Positions 1 through 10,497 are shown, counted from the first letter of the stretch. The stretch is DNA of 64,000 nucleotides from Bacteroidales bacterium UBA4814 (GCA_002402465.1 DHFW01000004.1:19772-83771); one strand, 5' to 3'. Made by a program: numbers and translations. Notes: generated by a model not told the origin, from the letters alone.

Positions 1-393
1 CAAAAGGAGCGCCTGGAAGGGCTACTCACTGAGTTTGGCCTGCAGAGCATCCGCAAAAGCCTGGGTATTACCCTTTCGGGAGGTGAGCGCCGCCGCACCG
101 AGATAGCCCGCTCGCTGGCTGTCGATCCCAAATTCATTTTGCTCGATGAGCCCTTTGCTGGCGTTGACCCCATTGCCGTAGAAGACATCCAGAAAATTGT
201 GACCAAGCTGAAAGAAAAAAATATTGGCGTGCTCATCACCGACCACAACGTGCACGAAACCCTTTCGATTACTGACCGTGCCTACCTGCTTTACGAAGGC
301 TCCATATTAAAAGCCGGCACATCAGAAGAACTGGCTCATGATGAAGAAGTAAGGAAAGTTTACCTGGGAGAGAAATTCCAGCTCAGGCGTTAG
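1..393 (+). CDS. lptB: LPS export ABC transporter ATP-binding protein, 5'-truncated at window edge
   Basis: Frame is open from base 1. It reads [13 protein letters not shown] (ABC signature), [12 protein letters not shown] (Walker B), [13 protein letters not shown] and ends [10 protein letters not shown], typical of LptB. Confidence 0.92.
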   Translation, partial: QKERLEGLLTEFGLQSIRKSLGITLSGGERRRTEIARSLAVDPKFILLDEPFAGVDPIAVEDIQKIVTKLKEKNIGVLITDHNVHETLSITDRAYLLYEGSILKAGTSEELAHDEEVRKVYLGEKFQLRR

Positions 394-405
394 AACCTGA
401 TACTG

Positions 406-885
406 TTATTCTTTTGAAAGCAGGGCCACGGCATAGGCAGTAATGCCTTGGCCGGTCCCCACAAAGCCCATCCCCTCGCTGGTAGTGGCTTTTACCGAAA
501 CCTGCCTCTCCTCAACGCCCAGCAAGCCTGAAAGGATTTTCCGCATTTCAGGGATAACAGAGGCGATTTTTGGCCGTTCAAGGCAAATGGTGGCATCCAC
601 ATTGCCTACAAAATAACCTTCCTTTTTTATCAGCTCGATGGTTCTGGAAAGCAGCACCTTGCTGTCGATATCTTTTAAAGCCTGGTCGTTGTCGGGGAAA
701 TACACCCCAATGTCACGCAGTCCGGCGGCACCCAGCAGGGCATCTATTATGGCGTGTATAAGCACATCGGCGTCGGAATGGCCCAGCCCTCCCTTCTCAT
801 GAGGAATGATAAGGCCGCCAATAACCAATGGACGGCCTGCCTGCAAGCGGTGTACATCATAGCCAAATCCCACTCGAATATTCAT
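406..885 (-). CDS. ispF: 2-C-methyl-D-erythritol 2,4-cyclodiphosphate synthase
   Basis: RVGFGYDVH, GHSDADVLIHA, DIG and KATTSEGMGFVG motifs; usual position downstream of porV in Bacteroidota. Confidence 0.95.
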   Translation of the reverse strand: MNIRVGFGYDVHRLQAGRPLVIGGLIIPHEKGGLGHSDADVLIHAIIDALLGAAGLRDIGVYFPDNDQALKDIDSKVLLSRTIELIKKEGYFVGNVDATICLERPKIASVIPEMRKILSGLLGVEERQVSVKATTSEGMGFVGTGQGITAYAVALLSKE

Positions 886-890
886 AAGCA

Positions 891-939
891 AAAAGAAAAA
901 AGGTCATGGTATATTGTGTTAACAAAAATAACCATGACC
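891..939 (-). terminator. Imperfect hairpin followed by a U-rich run between porV and ispF
   Basis: GGTCATGGT (902-910) pairs with ACCATGACC (931-939). The A-rich 891-900 reads as a U-tract on the minus strand. Confidence 0.45.
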
Positions 940-961
940 CGGTATATTTCCAACAGGCATT

Positions 962-2164
962 TTATTGCCTGAGGGCGTCGAAATCGAAATGCAGGGTAAA
1001 ACGCAGCACGTTTTCAAGCGGGCTGCGCTGTGCCAGGGGCACCAGGTAGGCAAAATCGAGGCCAAACACATTGTATTTCAAGCCAATACCCAGGGTAAAA
1101 TATTTACGGTCGCCCTTGGTTTTATGCTCATGAAAGTAGCCAGCCCTGATGGCAAACTGCTGATCATACCAGTATTCGGCACCCACCGAATAGGTCAACT
1201 CATTGAGTTCTTCCCTGAACCCACCGGGCGCATCGCTAAATGAGCCAAAGATTCCGGCCACCACCGAGCGATTGGGATCGCGGCCTGCTTCAATCACATA
1301 TTCGCCATCATCTCCAATTACAAGCTGGCCGTTCTCATCGCGCTTATAAATGGGTGGGGTGGGTACCAGCAGCTTGTTCACATCGACCATAAACGACAAC
1401 TGGTTGTAATCATCGAGCATGAACGTAAGCGAGGGTCCCAGGCGAAGGTTGGTCGGGATGAAGTTGGCGTTGATTTCGTCAGAATAAGAGATTTTGTTTC
1501 CAATATTCGACACGTTTACCCCGGCTGAAAAAATGGTGGGGGTGCGGTCCCAGTTCAGCTCTCGGGTGTAAAATGCCGAAACATCGGCAGCCAGGGCCAT
1601 GCCCGGCTTGGTTTCAATGCTTCCCACAAACTGGCCTTGCGTAAGGTTACTGTAAATATACCTCACGGAAATGGCACCGGAAATGTGCTCGCCCAGCTTT
1701 CGCGCATAGGCAACATCAACAGCGAACTCATTGGGCTTAACCGGAAACAGGAATTCGCCGGCTTCATCTGTAAAGTTGATTTCGCCCAACGAGAAATAGG
1801 TAAGCGAAAAGGCCAGGGTTTGCACATCGTCGAGGCGTCTGAAACCGCTCAGGTACGAGAGGTTAATGTCGGGCACCAGGGCACGCAGCCAGGGCGTGTA
1901 GTTCATGGCAAAACCCATTTCCTGCTCAATAAAAGCATACTTGGCAGGGTTCCAGTGCATGGAGTTGGCATCGGGCGATGAGGATACCCCGGCATCGCCC
2001 AACGCACCTGCCCGTGAGTCGGGAGCAATCATCAAAAAAGGAACCGCCGTGGTGATGGTGTTGAGCCGCTGACCCAGCACATCGGTATATTCCTGGGCAA
2101 AAAGCCCCATGGGAGATATCAACACCACAAGCGCAAGCAACACCCTGTAAATCTTATCCTTCAT
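962..2164 (-). CDS. porV: Type IX secretion system outer-membrane shuttle protein PorV
   Basis: Signal peptide; ITTAVPFLMIAPDSRAGALGDAG, WNPAKYAF, YTPWL and SPLENVLRFTLHFDF motifs; located directly after porU. Confidence 0.93.
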   Translation of the reverse strand: MKDKIYRVLLALVVLISPMGLFAQEYTDVLGQRLNTITTAVPFLMIAPDSRAGALGDAGVSSSPDANSMHWNPAKYAFIEQEMGFAMNYTPWLRALVPDINLSYLSGFRRLDDVQTLAFSLTYFSLGEINFTDEAGEFLFPVKPNEFAVDVAYARKLGEHISGAISVRYIYSNLTQGQFVGSIETKPGMALAADVSAFYTRELNWDRTPTIFSAGVNVSNIGNKISYSDEINANFIPTNLRLGPSLTFMLDDYNQLSFMVDVNKLLVPTPPIYKRDENGQLVIGDDGEYVIEAGRDPNRSVVAGIFGSFSDAPGGFREELNELTYSVGAEYWYDQQFAIRAGYFHEHKTKGDRKYFTLGIGLKYNVFGLDFAYLVPLAQRSPLENVLRFTLHFDFDALRQ

Positions 2165-2331
2165 GAGAAAATTATTGTTGTTTTATATTTTATGCAGAAA
2201 ACATCATTGAACTTGTTCGCATTAAGTGCCAACAAAAAAGCCTGCTGCATCAAAAAAATATTATTATTAGAACACAAAATTTTTTACTTTAAAGAAATTT
2301 AATCCTTTCGATCGTCTGGTTTTTCAGAATG

Positions 2332-2339
2332 CAAATATA
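2332..2339 (-). promoter_or_regulatory. Bacteroidota sigma-A -7 element (TATATTTG) upstream of porV
   Basis: Exact match to TAnnTTTG on the minus strand in the AT-rich porU-porV spacer. Confidence 0.5.
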
Positions 2340-2409
2340 ACGAATAAAAACCTTCAGTATTGTTGTCTAACGTTTTTCCATTTCTTTTGTTTTATGCCAT
2401 ACCTTTGAA

Positions 2410-5400
2410 TTACCTGAGCACCACCAGTTTTTCGGTAAGAGTGGAAATACTCCCATCGGGGGTTTGCAGCACCAGCCTGTAGAGGTATATGCCATTGCCT
2501 ATCATCCTGCCTTCGCGGTCTTTGCCATCCCATTGAATGGGAGGCGATTGGTAGCTGGGCGAATTAACCATGGTTTCTAAGGTTTGGATCAACCGGCCGC
2601 TCAGGTCGAAAATTTCTATGCGCACATCAAGCTCCGAAAAGGGCTGGTTGTGCGTAAACTTGAAAAAAGTTTCCTGACTGAATGGGTTGGGGTAATTCAT
2701 GAGGTTTTCGAGCGCAATGGAGGCTGTTCGGCTCACAATGAACTCAATAGAGGCCACCGAGGGGTTGTTGTGAATATCCCATGCTCTGAGCGAGAGGGTG
2801 TGGCGGCCTTCGGGAAGCCTGTGAAACGGGTACACCACTCTTCCGCTTTGGAAGTTATCGAGATCGGCTTCATAATAGTTGTTCAGCACAATAGGGTTGG
2901 AGGTATTCTCATTAAGGAAGGCCACAATGTCATGACCAATTCTTCCGGTGATATTGATTCCACTTTCGTCGCGCAGCAGCCCTAACATGATGGGGTTCTG
3001 GCTGGTGGTACCGCCCGAAACAAATGTAGTGTCATTCATAAACAGTCTGATTTCCGGACCTTCGATGTCGGGCTCAAAGGCGGTAAGCGAACCCCCAATT
3101 ATGAAATCACTGAAAGCCCCGTTTCCGTCGTTAATTCCATCATCTGCATAATAGCTTATTTTTCCTTCGCCAAAGTTGTAGGCAATGTCCTGTGGCACCA
3201 TAAAAGAGAAGCTGAACTCTCCGTTGGTTACGCTGGCCTTGCCTTTGTAAAGCAAAGAATTACGGATGGTAAAGTCGAGTTCCTGGCTGTCTGAATCTTG
3301 TCCCAGGGTGCGGTAATTCATCTTTTTGTCGTACACACTTGGATAGACCACGCCGTTATACCCGGGAAGAGGATTGCCTGTTTCGTCGGCAATATAGCCG
3401 CTCACGGTTACCTGCTGAAACGCCTTGATGGTATCGGGCATGGTTTCGGTTATCACCTGGTATTTGGGATATGCCATTTGCATGGATGGATCGCCCAGCA
3501 GCACAAAGTTGCGGATTCGCCAGTGCTCGAGTTGGCCTGTACTGTTTACTTTCGAGAGCCTGATCAGGTCACCCAGTCGATGGTATTGTCCATGCTCATC
3601 GCGTTCGAATGCCACATTCATAAAATTGCGGTTCAGCGTAAGGTTGGGCCCCGACCAGGCCAGGCGGGTGGTGGTGAAAAGTGCGGCAGCGCCCCCATCG
3701 GGTTTCATGAAAATACGAACGCCTGCAGTAACGTCGTCGGGATTGGGATGATCGAAACTGGAAAATTCGCAGGTGGCCGTCATGAAAATGGGCATATTGT
3801 AATGATTGTTCCAAGTGGCAATATCATCGAAGGTTAAAATGCGTTCGTGGGCCAAACCGAGCACTCCGCCATGACCAATATAATTAATGAGCAATGCACC
3901 TTGGTTTACCCTGTCGTTAATGGCCTGATTAACTTCTGGGTAGCGCGCACCACCAGCCAGGGTTACTTGCTGGTAAGCATCGAGATAAATTTTATCCACG
4001 TTGAACAGTGGGAACTGCTCCTGCATAATGCCAGCCAGGGTTTCGGAGTCGCGAATGTGGGTGTTGTTGTCCTGGTCGTCGGCAATAAGCACCACCAGGT
4101 TTCGCCAGTCGGCATAATTTGAAATCACCCCCACATTCTGCAGGTTATCGGCCAGGGGCTCCATTTCGGGGATACGGCTGTCGTAGCGAATAATCTTGTC
4201 CACCACAGTACGGGCCTCGTCGAGGGTTCTTACCGGCAGGCGTCCAATGCCAATATCGAGAGATCCATCAGCATTCTGGCCTTCGGTATCGTCGAGCAAT
4301 CCAAAGAAATCGTCGGTCATGTATGAGCGATCGGGCTGAAGAGAATTGAGGCTTTGATAGGTGGGGATGTGGTTTCCGCCAAAGCCAAGCAAGTCGCGGT
4401 TGTCGATGGTACCATTGCCAAAAAGCAGCAAATACCGGGGCATTTGTGCCTCAGTCTCTGCCCGGTCGTAAAACATCTTCATAAAATTACGAATGGCGGC
4501 CACATCGGGCGATCCTGATGAGAACTCGTTGTAAACCTCGGCTGTGGTTACCACGGCCACACTCAGGCCGTCGTGCTCCGACCTGAAGCTGGCCAGGCGA
4601 TTGGCCTCGGCCCTGAAAGCCTCAGGTACCACAATGATCATATCTACCGGCTGCATGGCATGCAGGTTCTGATTATCCACACGGCCTTTTCTTTTGGGTC
4701 GCTTGTAGGAGCTGCCATCAAAAACAATAAACTCGTGCAGGGTGCCGGCATCCTGACGAAATTGCATAATGCTTGCGCTGAGGCTGGTTTGCTGGGCCTT
4801 TACATTGAAGTGATCAGTTACATCCCATACAACCAGCTGATTGCTGGCATTTGCCAGGTTGTACTGGGCAACATTTCCCTGACCAATGGCTTGCACGTTG
4901 CGAAATGCCATTTGCGGCCCAGTGAAACGCAACTGCCGGGTGACATTGACTGCCACATAGTTGAGCCAACCACGTGAGCCTGCCACGGGCCGGTTATAAG
5001 TTATGGTAACTTTTACCTGGTCGGCCTGGTTTGGGGTAAACCACATGGAGTCAACCGAGAAATTGGCAAAAGCCCCGTTATAGTTAGCCGGAAATATCCG
5101 TGTAATTAGCTGGTTGAGTTGTCCATTGCCAGCCGAAACCGTAAACGAACTGTTTACCGTGGAGCGGGCAGCCACGTATGACTTGAGCCTGGCAGGCTCA
5201 GTAAGTACCAGATCGGGAAAGCTAAAAGTAAAGTCGCGACTCAGGGTGGCATCGAAAACCTCTCCAAACCAAACCCTGCCGCTGCCAATGAGGTTATCCA
5301 GATCGCGCTGATGATAGGCATAATCCTGAAAAGTGCTTACCGTATGAGTGGGGGTTTCGGTAAGGCTTGCCTGGGCAGCAATGCGCTTGCCTGGCCCGCT

Positions 5401-6267
5401 GTCGGTGGTCAGGAAATAACAGTTTTCACTGGCGTAAAGATGCACTTCGTGGTTAAAGACCTTATGCACCGGATCGAAAACCCACTGGTTGGGCGATTGG
5501 CCGTAAAACAAAATGTAATCGTTGGGGCCAAACGCTCCCGACTGGGCTCCCGAAACGAAAATGGCATTTTCCTTCAAATCGGTAATGCGAGGTTCACTGT
5601 TGGATTCGGGCAGCATGCCGCCACCATTGCCGAAAAGCCTGATATTGGCTTTCTGCAGATTATTCATGTTCACGCCCAACTCAACCAGGTCGCTGTGGGT
5701 AAGCTGATAAATGCCGGTTTCATCTACACATACCTTAAACCAGCTTCCGCTGGAAAGCACCGATTGCCCGGCATAATCATGAAAGGCATCGTAAGTAATG
5801 GCCGGATCGTAGGCATTCTCTTCCAGCAATTGAAAAGAGGCGAGTTTCTCGAAAGCGCCGGTTTCTGAGTTTTTTCGAAAAGGAAATAACGACACGGCCG
5901 ACCGGGCCTGCTTACGCATAATTTGCTGGCCCTGGAACAACTGAATCTCCGTAAAGGCAAAACCAGCTTCTTCCAATATGCGGGTTTCTTCAAGATTGGC
6001 GGGTATAAATTCGGGATTGGCAATAGAAAAATCGGTGCGAAAAAAGGGAATGTTATTTTCGACGGAATAGGAATACATGGGAATATTGGCCAGGGAGTCG
6101 CCATAAACAGCGCCTGAGAACCTGATCAGGTCAATATAAAAATCTGGCTGTGGGCTAATGCGTTCAGGGGCTTGCCAGTTGAGCCTGACCAATTGCCCCT
6201 TGTTCTGGGCAAACACAAAAACCGGGAACAGTAGTATAAGGAGTAATACGGAACGTTTTTTCGTCAT
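2410..6267 (-). CDS. porU: Type IX secretion system sortase PorU (gingipain-like C25 peptidase)
   Basis: SVLSSGSWFK, YNEFSSG, YLLLFG, GIGRLPV, catalytic NYIGHGG and TATCEF, LLGDP, and a C-terminal NYPNPF type A CTD. Start moved to ATG 6267 (MTKKRSVLLL..., signal peptide). Confidence 0.93.
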   Translation of the reverse strand: MTKKRSVLLLILLFPVFVFAQNKGQLVRLNWQAPERISPQPDFYIDLIRFSGAVYGDSLANIPMYSYSVENNIPFFRTDFSIANPEFIPANLEETRILEEAGFAFTEIQLFQGQQIMRKQARSAVSLFPFRKNSETGAFEKLASFQLLEENAYDPAITYDAFHDYAGQSVLSSGSWFKVCVDETGIYQLTHSDLVELGVNMNNLQKANIRLFGNGGGMLPESNSEPRITDLKENAIFVSGAQSGAFGPNDYILFYGQSPNQWVFDPVHKVFNHEVHLYASENCYFLTTDSGPGKRIAAQASLTETPTHTVSTFQDYAYHQRDLDNLIGSGRVWFGEVFDATLSRDFTFSFPDLVLTEPARLKSYVAARSTVNSSFTVSAGNGQLNQLITRIFPANYNGAFANFSVDSMWFTPNQADQVKVTITYNRPVAGSRGWLNYVAVNVTRQLRFTGPQMAFRNVQAIGQGNVAQYNLANASNQLVVWDVTDHFNVKAQQTSLSASIMQFRQDAGTLHEFIVFDGSSYKRPKRKGRVDNQNLHAMQPVDMIIVVPEAFRAEANRLASFRSEHDGLSVAVVTTAEVYNEFSSGSPDVAAIRNFMKMFYDRAETEAQMPRYLLLFGNGTIDNRDLLGFGGNHIPTYQSLNSLQPDRSYMTDDFFGLLDDTEGQNADGSLDIGIGRLPVRTLDEARTVVDKIIRYDSRIPEMEPLADNLQNVGVISNYADWRNLVVLIADDQDNNTHIRDSETLAGIMQEQFPLFNVDKIYLDAYQQVTLAGGARYPEVNQAINDRVNQGALLINYIGHGGVLGLAHERILTFDDIATWNNHYNMPIFMTATCEFSSFDHPNPDDVTAGVRIFMKPDGGAAALFTTTRLAWSGPNLTLNRNFMNVAFERDEHGQYHRLGDLIRLSKVNSTGQLEHWRIRNFVLLGDPSMQMAYPKYQVITETMPDTIKAFQQVTVSGYIADETGNPLPGYNGVVYPSVYDKKMNYRTLGQDSDSQELDFTIRNSLLYKGKASVTNGEFSFSFMVPQDIAYNFGEGKISYYADDGINDGNGAFSDFIIGGSLTAFEPDIEGPEIRLFMNDTTFVSGGTTSQNPIMLGLLRDESGINITGRIGHDIVAFLNENTSNPIVLNNYYEADLDNFQSGRVVYPFHRLPEGRHTLSLRAWDIHNNPSVASIEFIVSRTASIALENLMNYPNPFSQETFFKFTHNQPFSELDVRIEIFDLSGRLIQTLETMVNSPSYQSPPIQWDGKDREGRMIGNGIYLYRLVLQTPDGSISTLTEKLVVLR

Positions 6268-6533
6268 TTCTGAAAATAAGTTTCTGGGCTTTAACAGGCC
6301 GGCTCCGAATTTCGCCGAAAGGCATAAGCCCCGAAATAAAGCAACAAGCAAAGGTACTTGTTTAAAACGTGAATTTCCGGCCAATATTTTTCCAAAAAGG
6401 CAAGCTATGCAAATCACATGAAACCAGCGCTAAAAATTATTTTTTAATGAATAGGTCGATGATTTTCTCGGCTTCCGTAACAAACAAGTAATTTTCACGT
6501 TAAAGAAAAAGTGGGCTAAGCCACTTTTTTTTA

Positions 6534-7520
6534 ATGGAAAGAGTCCTTATTAAACTGTTAATCATAATGTTTCTGTTTGCCCGGGGGTCGGTTGCTTTGG
6601 GGCAGGATGCTATTTTTTCGCAGTTTTTTTCGGCACCGCTCTACCTCAACCCTGCTTTTGCTGGTGCTTCCGAATGTTCGCGCCTGGTTTTCAACTACCG
6701 CAACCAACCGTGGCCCGACTTTGGCACCTTTTCTACCTTTAACTTCTCATACGACCAGGGGGTGGACGCCCTCGGAGGCGGATTAGGCCTGCTGGTAACC
6801 AGCGATCATCAGGGCGGTATTATTATGCGCAACCATATCAGCGCCATTTACAGCCTGCACCTTCAAGTGAGCCGCGACTGGTATCTTAACTTCGGGGCAC
6901 AGGCAGGGTATTTGCGAAAAGACCTCAACTGGAACCAACTTACCTTTGCCAACCAGTTCGACCCCGGCACCGGGGAGATACTCCCGGGCAGCGAGCCTCC
7001 GCCCGATCAGACCTGGCGCCACGCAGCCGATTTTGCCACCGGCATACTATTATATAATGAGCGATTTTATGGCGGCGCATCTATTCACCATCTTACACGC
7101 CCCGAAGAAAGCTTCTTCGACAGCCACCCGCTTCCGCTGAAAATTACCGCACACCTGGGTTTTCACCTACCCATTGGTCAGCACGGATCGGCTGCTTTTC
7201 GCCAGGAACGTTTCTTTATTTCACCCAACATAATCTACCAAAACCAGGGCCCACACCACCGCATCAACTATGGCTTATATACCGGAGTGTCGCAATTTGT
7301 GGCCGGCCTATGGTTGAGGCAGGATTTTAACCTCCCAGAAACCCTGATTTTTATGTTTGGCGTCAACCCGGGGAAATACCGGGTAGCCTACAGCTACGAT
7401 CATTCATTGTCGGGATATTCAGGCGTTTTTCACGGAGCACACGAAATAAGTGTTTTACTGAATTTGAGGTGCAGCACCAAAAACCTGCGCTATCGCATAC
7501 TAAACTGTCCGAGTTTTTAG
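6534..7520 (+). CDS. PorP/SprF family T9SS outer-membrane protein
   Basis: QDAIFSQFFSAPLYLNPAFAG, NYRNQ(P)WP, YSYD and GAHEIS are PorP/SprF family motifs. Confidence 0.88.
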   Translation: MERVLIKLLIIMFLFARGSVALGQDAIFSQFFSAPLYLNPAFAGASECSRLVFNYRNQPWPDFGTFSTFNFSYDQGVDALGGGLGLLVTSDHQGGIIMRNHISAIYSLHLQVSRDWYLNFGAQAGYLRKDLNWNQLTFANQFDPGTGEILPGSEPPPDQTWRHAADFATGILLYNERFYGGASIHHLTRPEESFFDSHPLPLKITAHLGFHLPIGQHGSAAFRQERFFISPNIIYQNQGPHHRINYGLYTGVSQFVAGLWLRQDFNLPETLIFMFGVNPGKYRVAYSYDHSLSGYSGVFHGAHEISVLLNLRCSTKNLRYRILNCPSF

Positions 7521-7521
7521 T

Positions 7522-7529
7522 TATTTTTG
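7522..7529 (+). promoter_or_regulatory. sigma-A -7 element (TATTTTTG) upstream of gldJ
   Basis: TAnnTTTG match about 22 nt before ATG 7552. Confidence 0.45.
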
Positions 7530-7551
7530 TACACATTCAAAAAAAACCACT

Positions 7552-9018
7552 ATGTCTAGGAATCCCAAAAGATTAATTGCAGTTTCTGTGGCCATTCTGG
7601 CAGCTGCATTTCTTTTCTCCTGTAAGAAACAAGCTTCCCCCACTACAGGATGGAATTATAACGATCCGGAAATGGGCGCCTTTGAGGTTGCCACCACCCA
7701 GGAACAGGAAACAGGCCCCGGCCTGGTCTTCATCGAAGGCGGAACCTTTGTTATGGGCCGCACCGAGCAGGATGTTATGTTCGACTGGAATAACATTCCC
7801 CGCAGGGTAACAGTCTCTTCCTTTTATATGGATGAAACCGAAGTTCGCAATCTCGACTACCTGGAATACTTGCACTGGATTCAGCGCGTGTTTGGCGAGA
7901 CCTACCCGGAAGTATACCGCAAGGCTCTGCCCGACACCCTGGTATGGCGCGACCCCCTGGCCTATAACGAACCTTTTGTGCAGAACTACCTGCGCCACCC
8001 CGCCTACAACGACTACCCGGTTGTTGGGGTAAGCTGGGTGCAGGCTTCTGAATATGCCTCTTGGCGCACCGACAGGGTAAACGAAATGATCCTGATCCGC
8101 GAGGGTATCCTCAACTGGGACCCCGACCAGCGCAACGAAAACAACTTTAACACCGAAGCCTACCTTGCCGGGCAGTATGAAGGCATGGTAAGATCGGGCA
8201 TGCGCGACCTCGACCCCCGTGGCACTGGCGAGCGCCAGGTGCGCTGGACCGACGGCATCCTGCTCCCCTCCTACCGCCTGCCCACCGAAGCAGAATGGGA
8301 ATTTGCAGCCCTTGGCCTCATTGGCAACACCATTTATGAAAGAGTGGTTGAAAGACGTCTGTATCCATGGAGCGGTCACAATGTGCGCAGCAGCGAACGC
8401 AAAACCATGGGTGTTTTCCTGGCCAACATTCAGCGCGGCCGTGGCGACTACATGGGTGTGGCCGGCAACCTGAACGATGGCGGTGAAACAACTGTGCCCG
8501 TTTACGCCTACTGGCCCAACGACTATGGCCTCTACAATATGGCAGGCAACGTGAGCGAATGGGTTTTGGATGTGTACCGTCCGCTCTCGCACGAAGACGT
8601 TTCTGACTTCCGCCCCTACCGTGGCAATGTGTTCCAAACGCTCGAACTCGATGCAGAAGGAAAGCCCGTACCCAAGGATGAATTTGGCCGACTGATAAGA
8701 CGTGATGTTACCATTGAAGAAAATGTAACCCGTCGCAACTATCGCTATGCCGACAATATTGGCTATCGCGACGGCGACCTCATGTCGAGCTTGTTCTTTG
8801 CCGACGAAGGTGCTGAAGACCCCAACAAAATTATGTATGAATACAGTGTTTCCAGTCTGATTAACGACGAAGCCCGCGTTTACAAGGGTGGCAGCTGGAA
8901 AGACCGTGTATACTGGATCGTTCCGGGCAACCGCAGGTTCCTCGATCAGAACGAAGCCACCAACGACATTGGGTTCCGTTGTGCCATGATCAGGGTAGGA
9001 AGCCCCGTCGGTTACTAA
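7552..9018 (+). CDS. gldJ: Gliding motility lipoprotein GldJ (SUMF1/FGE-sulfatase fold)
   Basis: Lipobox LFSC; SPTTGWNYND, GPGLVFIEGGTF, YPVVGVSW, YRLPTEAEWE, GLYNMAGNVSEW and IGFRCAM motifs; synteny with porU and murF as known for gldJ. Confidence 0.8.
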   Translation: MSRNPKRLIAVSVAILAAAFLFSCKKQASPTTGWNYNDPEMGAFEVATTQEQETGPGLVFIEGGTFVMGRTEQDVMFDWNNIPRRVTVSSFYMDETEVRNLDYLEYLHWIQRVFGETYPEVYRKALPDTLVWRDPLAYNEPFVQNYLRHPAYNDYPVVGVSWVQASEYASWRTDRVNEMILIREGILNWDPDQRNENNFNTEAYLAGQYEGMVRSGMRDLDPRGTGERQVRWTDGILLPSYRLPTEAEWEFAALGLIGNTIYERVVERRLYPWSGHNVRSSERKTMGVFLANIQRGRGDYMGVAGNLNDGGETTVPVYAYWPNDYGLYNMAGNVSEWVLDVYRPLSHEDVSDFRPYRGNVFQTLELDAEGKPVPKDEFGRLIRRDVTIEENVTRRNYRYADNIGYRDGDLMSSLFFADEGAEDPNKIMYEYSVSSLINDEARVYKGGSWKDRVYWIVPGNRRFLDQNEATNDIGFRCAMIRVGSPVGY

Positions 9019-9038
9019 AAAGGATTATAGCTTTATTC

Positions 9039-9070
9039 AACCCCACCGGCTGCAGCCGTTGGGGTTTTTT
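9039..9070 (+). terminator. Intrinsic terminator after gldJ
   Basis: AACCCCACCGGC-TGCA-GCCGTTGGGGTT followed by a T-run. Confidence 0.75.
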
Positions 9071-9086
9071 ATTTAATTTAGCCTGC

Positions 9087-10412
9087 ATGGAAAGAAAAGA
9101 CCTCGAAAAGCTCCATCAGCTTGTTTTACAAGGACATACCATCTGCACCGACAGCAGACGGGCTCAACCCGGAAATATCTTTTTCGCCCTTAAAGGCGAA
9201 AATTTCAATGGAAACAAATTTGCCCTGATGGCCCTGGAAAAGGGTTGTGTCTTAGCGGTGGTGGATGAACCTGTGGCTCCCGGTAATAATAAGATAATAC
9301 TGGTGGATCATGTACTGAAAAGCCTTCAGCAACTCGGTCATTTCCACCGGCAACAATTCAATATTCCCGTGATCGGCATTACAGGCACCAACGGCAAAAC
9401 CACCACCAAGGAGCTGACCCAGGCCGTGCTGGCCAGCACTTTTACCACCCTGGCCACCAAAGGAAACCTCAATAACCATATTGGCGTTCCTTTAACTCTC
9501 CTCGAACTGACTGAGGCTCATGAAATCGCCGTAATTGAAATGGGCGCCAACCACATGGGCGAAATTGGCAAACTTTCCTTTCTTTCAAATCCGGGTTACG
9601 GCCTGATTACCAATATTGGCAAAGCCCACCTGGAGGGTTTTGGCAATATTGAAAACATTATAAAAACCAAAACGGAACTATTCCAATACATAAAAAGCGG
9701 CGGCGGGCATATTTTTGTGAATGGTGAAAACAGCCTGCTAAAAGAGAAAGCCCAGGGCGCTGAACTGATTACTTACGGAAAAGGTGTGGAAAACCATTGC
9801 TCCGGCCTTATCGCCAGCGAAAAACCATTCCTTGAAATACATTTTATTGTTAATGAGCCTTTCGGCCAGGCAAAGCAAGGCATGCAGGGAAACATTCGCA
9901 CCCGGCTAGTGGGAACGTACAATTTTGAAAACGTAATGGCAGCCCTGACCATTGGCTTGTATTTTGGCGTAATCCCAAAAAAAGCCGTGGCAGCCATTGA
10001 GGCCTATCAGCCTTCCAACAACCGCTCGCAATTGATCAATAACGGCCGCAATGTAATTCTTCTGGATGCCTATAACGCTAACCCCACGAGCATGACTGCA
10101 GCTATAGGAAACTTTTCGGGCTTTGGCGAAAGCCCGCGGGCGGTTATTTTGGGTGATATGCTCGAAATGGGCGAAACCAGCAAACACGAACACCAGCAAA
10201 TACTGAAACTTCTCAAAGAAAAGCAGTTTGATTTGTGTGTCCTGGTTGGTACTGAGTTTTTGTCGGTGACAGATGCAACAGAAAACTGCCAAGTATTTGA
10301 GCATTCGGAAGAAGCAGCGAGGTGGCTCAAAAGCCAATCACTGGCAGGTTACCATATTCTTGTGAAAGGTTCCAGAGGAATAGAAATGGAAAAAGTGCTT
10401 GAGGCTTTGTGA
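9087..10412 (+). CDS. murF: UDP-N-acetylmuramoyl-tripeptide--D-alanyl-D-alanine ligase
   Basis: TDSR, ITGTNGKTTTKE, NLNNHIGVPLT, EMGANH, DAYNANPTSM, LGDMLEMG and KGSRG motifs; ATG 9087 lies after the terminator. Confidence 0.95.
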   Translation: MERKDLEKLHQLVLQGHTICTDSRRAQPGNIFFALKGENFNGNKFALMALEKGCVLAVVDEPVAPGNNKIILVDHVLKSLQQLGHFHRQQFNIPVIGITGTNGKTTTKELTQAVLASTFTTLATKGNLNNHIGVPLTLLELTEAHEIAVIEMGANHMGEIGKLSFLSNPGYGLITNIGKAHLEGFGNIENIIKTKTELFQYIKSGGGHIFVNGENSLLKEKAQGAELITYGKGVENHCSGLIASEKPFLEIHFIVNEPFGQAKQGMQGNIRTRLVGTYNFENVMAALTIGLYFGVIPKKAVAAIEAYQPSNNRSQLINNGRNVILLDAYNANPTSMTAAIGNFSGFGESPRAVILGDMLEMGETSKHEHQQILKLLKEKQFDLCVLVGTEFLSVTDATENCQVFEHSEEAARWLKSQSLAGYHILVKGSRGIEMEKVLEAL

Positions 10413-10497
10413 TAATAATCGCCCCTCCAAGTCTGATCTGGTTTCTTCAAAGGTATTTTCAAAAAGATTTTAAAGGCAAAATGCCTGCCTTAAAACT

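Noticed and set aside
7573-8637. 354-aa minus-strand ORF
   Set aside because: Antisense shadow of gldJ with no recognisable motifs.
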